64,000 nt of DNA, taken from contig JBDKTJ010000003.1 of assembly GCA_039698075.1 (NCBI GenBank), positions 3,101-67,100 of the forward strand, written 5' to 3'. A program made the translations under genes and the position numbers. The DNA is from Thermoguttaceae bacterium (GTDB lineage: Bacteria > Planctomycetota > Planctomycetia > Pirellulales > Thermoguttaceae). The notes beneath the pieces are model-generated. The model was not told where the DNA came from, searched no databases, and saw nothing but the letters and a program-made list of their open reading frames with translations. Positions 48,140 through 57,027 of this stretch are shown here, piece after piece (position 1 is the first letter of the stretch; every line of letters begins with the position of its first letter).

Positions 48140-48167
48140 TTGACGAAAAAGTCATTTTCCCTACAAT
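48140..48167 (+). promoter_or_regulatory. Near-consensus sigma70-type promoter for the PEP-CTERM gene
   Basis: TTGACG (48140-48145), 16 nt, TACAAT (48162-48167), in an AT-rich spacer. It predicts a 5' UTR of about 110 nt. Confidence 0.55.
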
Positions 48168-48284
48168 CACGGCAGTTGGTTGGCCGAATTGTTGATGGTT
48201 GGCTGGCTAAGACGATTCGTTTTTAGGTGTTTTTCCAATTAGGCAAAACAAATAATTTAGGGCAAGAATGCCCAGGAGGCAGCG

Positions 48285-49109
48285 GTGCGGTCTATAAGTC
48301 TGACTCGGAGGGCGCTGCTGTGCGCCTCCATAGCCCTTGTTGTCTTGGGTTTCTCTTCCGTTGCCCGGGCTGGTAGCTACAAGTACTACCACGACTACGG
48401 CGATCGTGCCGGGACCAACGTGACTTTTCATGATGTCACCGAAGCCTCGCTGACCAACAGCACGGCATTGTATGGCGCGCCGTCGGTGTCCGATGACTCG
48501 CTCTTTTTCAATCTTGAGGGCGTCGGTGCGTTCAATATTCGCAAGGAAGACGGCGGGTTCGATATCGTCGATGGTCAGCTCACCACGTCGCTGGCCGCCC
48601 ATAGCGGTTACGGCATCGACTCCGTCGCCATCAACGAGTACGGCGATTACACACTCCTCGGCGTTGGCACATCGACGACACAAGTGTCAGTCACCGTATC
48701 CGCGATCTTGAGGATCACCGAAGTCAACGGAGTGGGCGTCGCTCCCATCACCACCACGTTGAGCGACAACGCCACGTACGACCTGGCCAGCGCCGGCAAC
48801 ACGACCGGCAGTTGGTCGCTTTCCGTCGTCTTTGATGCGGCCGACATCTTGGCCGCTGAAACCGACGTGCTGGCTGACGCCGGCATCACCGACGGCCTCG
48901 TCACGCAGGCCACGCTGACGTTCGACAACACGATTTTCGCCGTCAGCGAATTGACCAGCGGCGCGTTCATCGCCAAGAAAATGGTCGACATCGACGTGGG
49001 CACCCAGCCCGTGCCGGAGCCGAGCGCTTTGGTGCTGACATGCATCGGCGCCGTGTTCTTCCTCGGCCAAACATGGCGCAAGCGTCGCTCCTCGCAGATT
49101 GTTGCCTAG
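48285..49109 (+). CDS. PEP-CTERM sorting-domain exported protein
   Basis: GTG start 4 nt after CAGGAGG, signal peptide ALLCASIALVVLGFSSVARA, and a C-terminal VPEPSALVLTCIGAVFFLGQTWRKRRSS (PEP motif, TM, basic tail). Confidence 0.85.
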   Translation: MRSISLTRRALLCASIALVVLGFSSVARAGSYKYYHDYGDRAGTNVTFHDVTEASLTNSTALYGAPSVSDDSLFFNLEGVGAFNIRKEDGGFDIVDGQLTTSLAAHSGYGIDSVAINEYGDYTLLGVGTSTTQVSVTVSAILRITEVNGVGVAPITTTLSDNATYDLASAGNTTGSWSLSVVFDAADILAAETDVLADAGITDGLVTQATLTFDNTIFAVSELTSGAFIAKKMVDIDVGTQPVPEPSALVLTCIGAVFFLGQTWRKRRSSQIVA

Positions 49110-49145
49110 TCCGACTTCTGCGAGTGAGGTCGAGAGCGCCAGAAC

Positions 49146-50441
49146 GTGACGACCCTAGCCAAACGACGAATCTTGGCATGCGGAATCGTCGTTTTGGCGG
49201 GCTTGGTTTTTCATGCACCGTTGCTGCGAATGTCGGCGAAATGCTTGATCGCCGATGACGCTCTCGGCCAATGCTCTTACGTCGGCCTTCTCGTTTGGCA
49301 CAATTACCCCGACGGCGACCGGTCGTATGACGTGGCGGCACAGTGGTATCACCAATGCTCGTCGCGTCCCGCCAAAATTCTGGTGATCGCCCCGCGGCTC
49401 AATCGATTGGAACAGCTTGGCGTCGTCGCGACGTTTGAAGCCCTCAGCCGTCGTCAACTCCAGTTGCGCGACGTTCCACGGAACGCCATTTCGACGATGT
49501 ACAGCGACAGCAACGACGATTGGGCCACGGCTCGGGCGCTGAAACGATGGCTCGCCGCGCATCCCGACGATTCCCTGGCCCTGACGTGCGACGCCTTTCG
49601 GAGCGCAAACCTTCGATCGGCGTTGAATGCCGTTCTCAACCCACCTCAGTCCGCCCGCGTGCGGCTGCGGCCGCTCCCGGATCGTCGGTTCAACGAGACA
49701 AACTGGTGGAAGAGCCGCGACGGCTATAAGGCGTTTGGGTTCAACTGGCTCCTCGGCGGTTATCGCCGGTGGGTCGGGTCCAGCGGCTCCAGTTCATCGG
49801 ACGCCGACTGCGATCGTTATGAGGCTGAGACCCTTCACGCTTTGCCGTCGACGTTGTCTCGGGCCGACTACGTGATGGTGCTCAACGGCGACGAAAACAC
49901 ACGGCCGTTCGCGGCGGCCGCGCTGATGCGGGCGGGTTTGGCAAATCAAGCGTTGATTGCCGACACGAGGCCTCTCCCACACCCTGACGAATTAGGGATG
50001 CCGCCGTTCCACGAGATCAATCGTCAAGTGTTGATCCGCCGCGGCATCGACGCCGATCGCGTGGTGATTCTGCCGGCCCAGGCCACAACCACCTACGACG
50101 AGGCTCGGGCCTTGGCGGCGTTTTTGGACTCGCACCCCGGGGCGCGCGTTTTCGTCGTCACCAACGATTTTCATCTCCGTAGAAGTCGTTGGATCTTCAA
50201 TCGAACGCTGGGCAACCGCGTCCAACAGATCGCGTTCGTTCCCGCTCCCAGCGACGGCTTTTCCCTGGCCCGATGGTGGCGCACCGAAGCCGGTTTTTTG
50301 GCCGTCGGCACGGAATGGCTCAAGCAGGCCTTCTACCTCGCCAACTATGGCGACGTGGGACTTTGGCTGGCGGCCTGCGGCGCGTTTTGGTTGGTCGCCC
50401 GACGAATTCGACAACGCGAGATCGCTTGTCGTTCCGCCTGA
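49146..50441 (+). CDS. YdcF/ElyC (DUF218) family protein, apparently two-domain
   Basis: 431 aa. The N-terminal half is also DUF218-like. The C-terminal half has VVILPAQATTTYDEARALAAFL...VFVVTNDFHLRRSRWIF, and the protein ends in C-terminal TM helices. Confidence 0.7.
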   Translation: MTTLAKRRILACGIVVLAGLVFHAPLLRMSAKCLIADDALGQCSYVGLLVWHNYPDGDRSYDVAAQWYHQCSSRPAKILVIAPRLNRLEQLGVVATFEALSRRQLQLRDVPRNAISTMYSDSNDDWATARALKRWLAAHPDDSLALTCDAFRSANLRSALNAVLNPPQSARVRLRPLPDRRFNETNWWKSRDGYKAFGFNWLLGGYRRWVGSSGSSSSDADCDRYEAETLHALPSTLSRADYVMVLNGDENTRPFAAAALMRAGLANQALIADTRPLPHPDELGMPPFHEINRQVLIRRGIDADRVVILPAQATTTYDEARALAAFLDSHPGARVFVVTNDFHLRRSRWIFNRTLGNRVQQIAFVPAPSDGFSLARWWRTEAGFLAVGTEWLKQAFYLANYGDVGLWLAACGAFWLVARRIRQREIACRSA

Positions 50442-50442
50442 A

Positions 50443-50820
50443 TCAGGGCATGTTCACGCCGTTCCACTGCGAGGGATAATAGCCGGGGCCCGCGACCCAA
50501 TGCGGCGAATAGGCGTCGCCGTGGAACGGATCGCTCGCCGCGGTGGGTCGGCTGTTCGACAGTCCGAACCATCGTCGAGCTTCGAGACGCCGTTCTCGTT
50601 GCGTCGCCCGAGCCACGGCGTTCTCACGAACCGCAAACTTCGGGTCGCTGTAACGCCGCATGGCCTGATCGTAGAACCACATTTCGGGCGTGGCCTTCAA
50701 TTCACCGGCCGCGACCGTGTTGTTCAACCCCACGCCCGTGGCAACGGGTTTTTCCGCGCGAGCAAACGTCGCCGGCGCCAATAATAAGAGGAACGCCAAA
50801 CCGATGGCTAGCCGTCTCAT
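50443..50820 (-). CDS. Small exported hypothetical protein
   Basis: 125 aa with signal peptide MRRLAIGLAFLLLLAPATFARA. It is convergent with the YdcF-like gene. Confidence 0.5.
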   Translation of the reverse strand: MRRLAIGLAFLLLLAPATFARAEKPVATGVGLNNTVAAGELKATPEMWFYDQAMRRYSDPKFAVRENAVARATQRERRLEARRWFGLSNSRPTAASDPFHGDAYSPHWVAGPGYYPSQWNGVNMP

Positions 50821-51259
50821 ACAATCCCCCCCGTGGTTAAACCGCAGCGCAGCCGCGACGACATTCTACTTTTCGGTATGGCGCATTGGACGGGTTTAGG
50901 AGAACTTTATCGCCCTAGACGTCGACGCATCTACCCCACACACCCCAGCCGTCGCAGTTTTTCTTTTCTTGCACAAAACGCGAAAAACTCGTCAAAAATC
51001 GACGCCGGAGTCTGCCGAATGGGGCAGGGCGTCTCGCATCCTGGGCGCTCACCAGGGCCGTGTCGCCCGGCTCTGCCGACTGGCGAAGTTGTTCCATCCG
51101 AATGAAATAAAAATTTCCGCCCTAGGAGCCAGAATTCCCGCCCAAGAGAGGTTCTTGTGGAATAATTATCGAGTAGTTAATATTTAGTGGAACAGCAGGC
51201 GGGATCGTACCCGGCCTCGCGCCGAGGACCACACGAATTAACTCAGGAAAAGGTGAATC

Positions 51260-51454
51260 ATGAAAAACTTGTTGGCGTTTGCGATGGTCGTGAGCTTGGG
51301 GTTGTTCTGTGCGGTGGGTTGCCAACCGGCGAAGTCGGACAAGCCGGCCGACAAACCGGCCGCCACCTCGGCGACGGATACCGAGACGAAGGCCGCCCCG
51401 AAGGCTGAGGGCGAAGCTGCAAAGGCCGCCCCCGCCGAAGAAAAGAAGAAGTAG
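51260..51454 (+). CDS. Small lipoprotein with an Ala/Lys/Glu/Pro-rich tail
   Basis: 64 aa with lipobox LFCAVGC and an upstream GGAAAAGG purine tract. It is followed by a terminator. Confidence 0.65.
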   Translation: MKNLLAFAMVVSLGLFCAVGCQPAKSDKPADKPAATSATDTETKAAPKAEGEAAKAAPAEEKKK

Positions 51455-51462
51455 CCCGCAAA

Positions 51463-51486
51463 CCCTGCTCGATTGCAGGGATTTTT
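51463..51486 (+). terminator. Rho-independent terminator after the lipoprotein gene
   Basis: CCCTGC-tcgatt-GCAGGG followed by ATTTTT. Confidence 0.6.
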
Positions 51487-51518
51487 CTCGGCCGCGTGAG
51501 GCCGAACGAATAAACTTC

Positions 51519-51566
51519 CAGGGGAAGGGTCGCCACAGAGAATGGCCCCTTCCCCTGAGTTTTTTC
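51519..51566 (+). terminator. Second, stronger rho-independent terminator
   Basis: CAGGGGAAGGG (51519-51529) pairs with CCCTTCCCCTG (51547-51557), followed by AGTTTTTTC. Confidence 0.65.
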
Positions 51567-51614
51567 TTGAGCGTCGGGCGGACTCCTGTCGCCCAAGGGA
51601 GACGAAAAATGGTA

Positions 51615-51643
51615 TTGCCCCAACCGCCGCAACCGTACATAAT
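51615..51643 (+). promoter_or_regulatory. Candidate promoter of the metal-efflux operon
   Basis: TTGCCC (51615-51620), 17 nt, CATAAT (51638-51643). It lies 33 nt upstream of the ATG at 51676, which is preceded by AAGGAG. Confidence 0.45.
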
Positions 51644-51675
51644 CAAAGTGGGAATGCTTTGAGTCAAGGAGCGTT

Positions 51676-52068
51676 ATGGCCGGATTGTTTCGCGTGCTGA
51701 CCGTGGTCACGTTGACGGTCCATCTGACGATGGGCTGCTGCTGGCACCACGCGCACGGTTGCCCGGACGACGCCTCGCAGGCTTCTTCCCCTCATCAGGC
51801 GATGCCGGGCGCGGCGTGTTCCTGCAACGACGCCCCTTCCGATCATGGATCGCACGGCTGCCATGAGCCGAAATGCTCCTTTGTCGCTGCCAGTCGTTTG
51901 GCGGTGGACGCGACGGCCGCTTCCGGTTTCGCCCAAGCGACGTCCGGGGCATTGCTGAACGACCCGTCGTCTCGGGAAGGCTTTTCCTCTTTTTCTCTGC
52001 TTTCGAGCATGGACCGGCTTCTGCCGCCGGTTCGTCTCCATCTTGCGCATCAAGTCCTGCTGATTTGA
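51676..52068 (+). CDS. Cys/His-rich small protein with a hydrophobic N-terminus, first gene of the RND operon
   Basis: 130 aa: ...LTVHLTMGCCWHHAHGCPDD...CSCNDAPSDHGSHGCHEPKC.... AAGGAG lies upstream of the ATG. Confidence 0.6.
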   Translation: MAGLFRVLTVVTLTVHLTMGCCWHHAHGCPDDASQASSPHQAMPGAACSCNDAPSDHGSHGCHEPKCSFVAASRLAVDATAASGFAQATSGALLNDPSSREGFSSFSLLSSMDRLLPPVRLHLAHQVLLI

Positions 52069-52210
52069 TGTCGCGCGCTTGTTGATCGGCGTGCCGTTGA
52101 CGCTGCGCACTTGCATCGTCGGCGTTCAGGAACAAGCGGCGAGCGTCCGCTCACCAGCACCCACGCGACCCAACGGTCGCCGCGGCGGTTCAAGCAAGGA
52201 CAAAAGGATC

Positions 52211-53710
52211 ATGATGAATACCCAATCGTCTCCACATCGGTCTTCCAAGCGGTGGCGATGGCTCGCAGCCATTGCGATTCTCGTAGCATTGGGGTTGGCG
52301 GCCGCCGGCCTTTGGTCGCCGCAACTTCGGCGGATCGCCACGTCCTCATGGACTGCCCTGGCCGCTCACTCGCCGAACGACGGCCACGATCACGCGGAAA
52401 AGAAAAAACACGACGACGAGGACGACGACCACCACGACGGCGATCGAGACCATCACGACGGCGACGAGGACGAGCACGATCATGCGCATGCCGCTCAAAA
52501 CCACAAGCACGACGAAGCCACGTCGATCAAGCTGAGCAAACAGGCCCAGAACAACATCGGCCTCCGATTGACCAAGGTCGCCTTGGGTCCGTTCGAGCGG
52601 ACCATGAACGTGCCGGGCATCGTGGTCGAGCGTCCGGGCTGGTCCGTGTTGGAGGTCACTGCGCCGATGACGGGCGTGGTCATGCAAATCTATCCGATCC
52701 AAGGCGAGGCCGTCCGGCACGATCAGCCGCTTTTTGAAATCCGCCTGACGCACGAGGACCTGCTGCAACTACAGACGGAGTTCCTGCGCACCGTCGAGGA
52801 GTTGGACGTCATCGGCCACGAGGTGGCGCGGTTGGAAAAAATCTCGGCCGACGGCGTCATTGCCGGCAAGACGCTGCTGGAACGCAAATACGAGCAGCAA
52901 AAGCAGGAAGCGGCGATGAGGGCGCAGCGGCAGGCCTTGCTCCTGCACGGACTGTCGGAAGAGCAAGTCAACCGGATCGCCTCGACGCGCACGCTGCTGC
53001 AAAGCTTGACGATTTACGCGCCGGAGCAAAAAGGCCCAAATTCGTCGCGTCATCCGCCGCGTCACTTGCAAGTTCAGCAGTTGAAAGTCACTCAGGGAAA
53101 GCACGTCAACGCGGGCGACACGCTTTGCACGCTCGTCGACCAACACGAACTGTTCATCGAGGGCATCGCCTTTGAACAAGACATTCAGTCCGTCAATCGG
53201 GTGGCCGCCTCAACGCGCAAGGTTTCGGCCACGTTCGGGTCGAAATCCTCCGGCGACGAGCACACGACGCCAGACCTCCGCATTCTCTATCTCGACGACA
53301 AGGTCGACCCGCAGTCCCGGGCGTTCCATTTCTACGTGACGCTGCCGAATCGCATCTTGCGCGAAGACAAGACCCCCGAGGGACGCAATTTTGTGTATTG
53401 GCAATTCAAGCCCGGCCAAAGGACGCAGCTCCGCATTCCCGTCGAGGCGTGGACGAATCGCATCGTGCTGCCCGTCGAGGCAATTGCCCAAGACGGGGCC
53501 GAGTTTTACGTGTTCGAGGCCAACGGCGATCATTTCGACCGCCGGGCGGTTCACGTCGAGTATCGCGATCAAGATTGGGCCGTGATCGCCAACGACGGTG
53601 CGTTGCGCGTCGGGTCCACCGTGGCCGCCTCGGCCGCGCACCAAGTGCATTTGGCCCTAAAAAACAAGTCCGGCGGCGGAGTCGATCCCCATGCGGGACA
53701 TAACCACTAG
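52211..53710 (+). CDS. Efflux RND periplasmic adaptor (HlyD/CzcB/CusB-like) with an N-terminal His/Asp-rich tract
   Basis: Start chosen at MMNTQSS, followed by a TM anchor. The His/Asp tract is HDGHDHAEKKKHDDEDDDHHDGDRDHHDGDEDEHDHAH. Barrel-sandwich/coiled-coil adaptor pattern (PMTGVVMQIYPIQGEAVRHDQPLFEI). The track ORF starts at 52079. Confidence 0.85.
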   Translation: MMNTQSSPHRSSKRWRWLAAIAILVALGLAAAGLWSPQLRRIATSSWTALAAHSPNDGHDHAEKKKHDDEDDDHHDGDRDHHDGDEDEHDHAHAAQNHKHDEATSIKLSKQAQNNIGLRLTKVALGPFERTMNVPGIVVERPGWSVLEVTAPMTGVVMQIYPIQGEAVRHDQPLFEIRLTHEDLLQLQTEFLRTVEELDVIGHEVARLEKISADGVIAGKTLLERKYEQQKQEAAMRAQRQALLLHGLSEEQVNRIASTRTLLQSLTIYAPEQKGPNSSRHPPRHLQVQQLKVTQGKHVNAGDTLCTLVDQHELFIEGIAFEQDIQSVNRVAASTRKVSATFGSKSSGDEHTTPDLRILYLDDKVDPQSRAFHFYVTLPNRILREDKTPEGRNFVYWQFKPGQRTQLRIPVEAWTNRIVLPVEAIAQDGAEFYVFEANGDHFDRRAVHVEYRDQDWAVIANDGALRVGSTVAASAAHQVHLALKNKSGGGVDPHAGHNH

Positions 53711-53791
53711 TGGCCAACACTAGTGGCCAGTGGTCGGTGGTCAGTGGCCAGAAATTAGGCCGAGCAACGCAACCTAATCCCTAATCCCTAG
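53705..53791 (+). repeat. Composite tandem repeats in the adaptor-pump junction
   Basis: Two 13-mers, CACTAGTGGCCAA and CACTAGTGGCCAG, then TGGTCGG, TGGTCAG and TGGCCAG (53705-53751). CTAATCCCTAATCCCTAG follows at 53774-53791, 4 nt before the ATG at 53796. Confidence 0.85.
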
Positions 53792-53795
53792 CTCC

Positions 53796-56700
53796 ATGCT
53801 CAACGCCATTATTCGATTTTCGTTGCACTATCGACTGCTGACCATCTCGGTCGCGGTGGTCGTGCTGGTGTACGGCGGATACGTTTTGTATCAGTTGCCG
53901 ATCGACGTGTTCCCCGATTTGGACCGGCCTCGGGTCACGGTGATGACCGAAGCACCCGGCCTGGCGCCCGAGGAAGTCGAGACCCTGGTCACTTTTCCGT
54001 TGGAATCCGTTCTCAACGGGGCGACCGGCGTTCAAGCGGTTCGCAGTTCGTCGGGCATCGGACTGTCGGTCGTACAGGTCGAGTTCGCCTGGGGCACCGA
54101 CATCTACATCGACCGTCAGATCGTGGCCGAAAAATTGGCCCTAGCGGCCGAACGACTGCCCGAGGGCGTGCGTCCGCAGATGGGCCCGATCTCGTCGATC
54201 ATGGGCCAAATTATGATCATCGGCATGTGGAGCGAGGGCGGCAAGACCTCGCCGATGGAGGTGCGCACGCTGGCCGACTGGGTCGTGCGGCAACGACTTC
54301 TGACGATTCCGCGCGTCGCCCAGGTGATTACGATGGGCGGCGGCCGCAAACAATATCAAGTGTTGGTCAATCCCGTCGCGTTGCGATCCTACGGAATCAC
54401 GCTGCACGAGGTCGAGCAGGCGATGGCGGCCAGCAACGCCAACGCGACGGGCGGATATCTGAATCGCGGGGCGCGCGAGTATCTGGTCCGATCGATCGGC
54501 CGGCTGCAAAGCGTCGAAGACATCGAAAACGTCGTCGTGAAGCCGGACGGCGAGCGGCCGGTGCTGTTGCGCCAAGTGGCCCGGATCGTCGAGGCCCCGC
54601 AGGTCAAACGCGGCGATTCGGCGGTCAACGGCGAGCCGGCCGTGATGCTCACCATCGCCAAGCAGCCCGGCGCCGACACGCGGCTGCTGACCGATCAGAT
54701 CGCCAAGGCGCTCAAAGAGCTCAAAGGCAGTCTGCCGCCCGACATCCGCATCAATCCGGACGTCTATCAACAAAAATCGTTCATCGAGCTGGGCATTCAC
54801 AACGTCATCGACGCCTTGCGGGACGGCGGCATTCTGGTCGTCATCATCCTGTTCCTGTTCCTGTTGAACTTCCGCACCACGTTCATCACGCTGACGGCCA
54901 TCCCGCTTTCGATGGTCATCACCGGATTGATCTTCAAGTGGTTCCACATGTCGATCAACACGATGACGCTCGGCGGGCTGGCCGTGGCCATCGGCGAGTT
55001 GGTCGACGACGCGATCGTGGACGTGGAAAACATCTTTCGCCGGCTGCGCGAGAACAAACATTCGCCGAACCCAAAACATCCGTTGCGCGTGGTGTACGAG
55101 GCCAGCAGCGAGGTGCGCAACTCGATCGTCTTCAGCACGATCCTGGTCGTGTTGGTTTTCGTGCCGCTGTTCGCGTTGGGCGGCATGGAAGGCCGGCTGT
55201 TCACGCCGCTCGGCGTGGCCTACATCGTTTCGATTCTCGCCTCGCTGGTGGTGTCGCTCACCGTCACGCCGGTGTTGTCGTATTGGCTGCTGCCCAACGC
55301 AAAAGTGATGGGCCACGACCGCGACGGCCTGATGCTGCGGTGGCTCAAACGCGCGGTGGGCTACGCGATCCGTTTCAGCGTCCGACATCCCTGGCCGGTG
55401 CTGGGCGTCGTCACCGTGGGCGTCGCGATCAGTTGCCTGACGGTGTCGCAGTTGGGACGCGACTTCCTGCCGCCCTTCAACGAGGGCACGGTGCAGATCA
55501 ACGTCCTGCTGCCGCCCGGCGACTCGCTGGACACCTCGAACCGAATCGCCGGCATGGTCGAAGACCGGCTTAAAAACATCCGGGGCGTGGTCGCCTTCGG
55601 ACGCCGCACCGGTCGGGCCGAGTTGGACGAGCACGCCGAGGGCGTCAATATGTCGGAGATCATCGTCACGTTCGATCCGAAACTGGGCCGCAGCCGCGAA
55701 GAGGTCATGACCGACATCCGCGAGGAATTGACCCAAGTGCCCGGCGCGGTGATCGCCGCCGAGCAGCCGTTGCAGCATGTGATCAGCGCGATGCTGTCGG
55801 GCGTCAAGGCGCAGGTGGGCATCAAACTTTACGGCGACGACCTCAACGTGCTCCGGACGAAAGCCAACGAGATGAAGACGGCCATCCAAAACGTCCGCGG
55901 CGTCAAGGACCTCATGGTCGAGCAGCAGATCGAGATTCCGCAGGTGCGCATCAATCTGGACCGCAAGGCCCTGGCGTCCTATGGGCTCAATACGGCCGAC
56001 GTCAACGAGTTGATCGAAACGGCCATGAACGGCCGCGTCGTGTCGGAACTGGTTTTCGGCGAGCGGAAGTTCGACCTGCTGGTGCGGTTGGACGATGTTT
56101 TTCGCAACGATCCGCAGGAGTTGCAGCGGATGACCCTCGCATTGCCGAGCCAGGGCAAAATTCCGCTCAGCGCCGTGGCGGACGTGGCGGACTCGAGTGG
56201 GCCGAACACGATCAACCGCGAAAACGTGCGGCGGCGCATCATCGTCCAATGCAACACCGCCGGACGCGACCTGGGCAGCACGGTGACCGAAATCCAGCAA
56301 CGATTGGCCCCCATTCAGTCGTCCCTGCCCGTCGGCTACTTCATCGAATACAGCGGCCAGTTCGAGAGCCAGCAGTCGGCCACTCGAACCATCAGCCTGC
56401 TGAGCATCGTCTCGCTGGCCTGCATGTTGTTGACGCTCTACACGCTGTTCCACTCGCTCAACCTCAGCCTGCAAGTGTTGGCCGCGTTGCCGATGGCCGC
56501 GATCGGCGCGGTCGCCGCGTTGGTCATCACTCGGCAATCGCTGACCGTGGCCAGCATGGTGGGCTTCATCTCGCTGGCCGGCATCGCCTCGCGCAACGGC
56601 ATCTTGCTGATCGCCCATTATCTGCACCTGGTCCGCTACGAAGGCGAACATTTTACGCCCGAGATGATCGAACGCGCCGGCAAGGAGCGACTGGCGCCGA

Positions 56701-57017
56701 TGTTGATGACGGCCCTTTGCGCGGGCATCGCGCTGGTCCCGCTGGTGATGGCCGCCGGTCAGCCCGGCAAGGAAATCTTGTACCCGGTGGCGACGGTCAT
56801 TCTGGGCGGACTGATCAGCTCCACGTTGCTCGATTTCTTCGTGCGACCGGCTCTGTTTTGGACGTTCGGACGCCGGGCCGCCGTTCGAGCCATGAGACAC
56901 AGCCACCATGAACCGAGTTTGAAGGACGCGGAACCCGACGCCCACGAAGAGGCCCACCGCGTTCAGCATCCGATCGACGGCGTTTCATCTTCAAAACCTT
57001 TGTCCGAACCGAGGTAA
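53796..57017 (+). CDS. CusA/CzcA-family heavy-metal efflux RND pump
   Basis: 1073 aa with 12-TM RND architecture. The N-terminus MLNAIIRFSLHYRLLTI...LPIDVFPDLDRPRVTVMTEAPGLAPEEVETLVTFPLE is typical of the HME-RND family. Confidence 0.92.
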   Translation: MLNAIIRFSLHYRLLTISVAVVVLVYGGYVLYQLPIDVFPDLDRPRVTVMTEAPGLAPEEVETLVTFPLESVLNGATGVQAVRSSSGIGLSVVQVEFAWGTDIYIDRQIVAEKLALAAERLPEGVRPQMGPISSIMGQIMIIGMWSEGGKTSPMEVRTLADWVVRQRLLTIPRVAQVITMGGGRKQYQVLVNPVALRSYGITLHEVEQAMAASNANATGGYLNRGAREYLVRSIGRLQSVEDIENVVVKPDGERPVLLRQVARIVEAPQVKRGDSAVNGEPAVMLTIAKQPGADTRLLTDQIAKALKELKGSLPPDIRINPDVYQQKSFIELGIHNVIDALRDGGILVVIILFLFLLNFRTTFITLTAIPLSMVITGLIFKWFHMSINTMTLGGLAVAIGELVDDAIVDVENIFRRLRENKHSPNPKHPLRVVYEASSEVRNSIVFSTILVVLVFVPLFALGGMEGRLFTPLGVAYIVSILASLVVSLTVTPVLSYWLLPNAKVMGHDRDGLMLRWLKRAVGYAIRFSVRHPWPVLGVVTVGVAISCLTVSQLGRDFLPPFNEGTVQINVLLPPGDSLDTSNRIAGMVEDRLKNIRGVVAFGRRTGRAELDEHAEGVNMSEIIVTFDPKLGRSREEVMTDIREELTQVPGAVIAAEQPLQHVISAMLSGVKAQVGIKLYGDDLNVLRTKANEMKTAIQNVRGVKDLMVEQQIEIPQVRINLDRKALASYGLNTADVNELIETAMNGRVVSELVFGERKFDLLVRLDDVFRNDPQELQRMTLALPSQGKIPLSAVADVADSSGPNTINRENVRRRIIVQCNTAGRDLGSTVTEIQQRLAPIQSSLPVGYFIEYSGQFESQQSATRTISLLSIVSLACMLLTLYTLFHSLNLSLQVLAALPMAAIGAVAALVITRQSLTVASMVGFISLAGIASRNGILLIAHYLHLVRYEGEHFTPEMIERAGKERLAPMLMTALCAGIALVPLVMAAGQPGKEILYPVATVILGGLISSTLLDFFVRPALFWTFGRRAAVRAMRHSHHEPSLKDAEPDAHEEAHRVQHPIDGVSSSKPLSEPR

Positions 57018-57027
57018 ACGTCGACTT

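Noticed and set aside
54141-56969. 942-aa minus-strand ORF, plus a 448-aa off-frame plus-strand ORF, inside the RND pump gene
   Set aside because: The CzcA/CusA frame is unambiguous (12-TM RND pattern). The alternative ORFs are low-complexity Arg/Gly/His/Asp strings.
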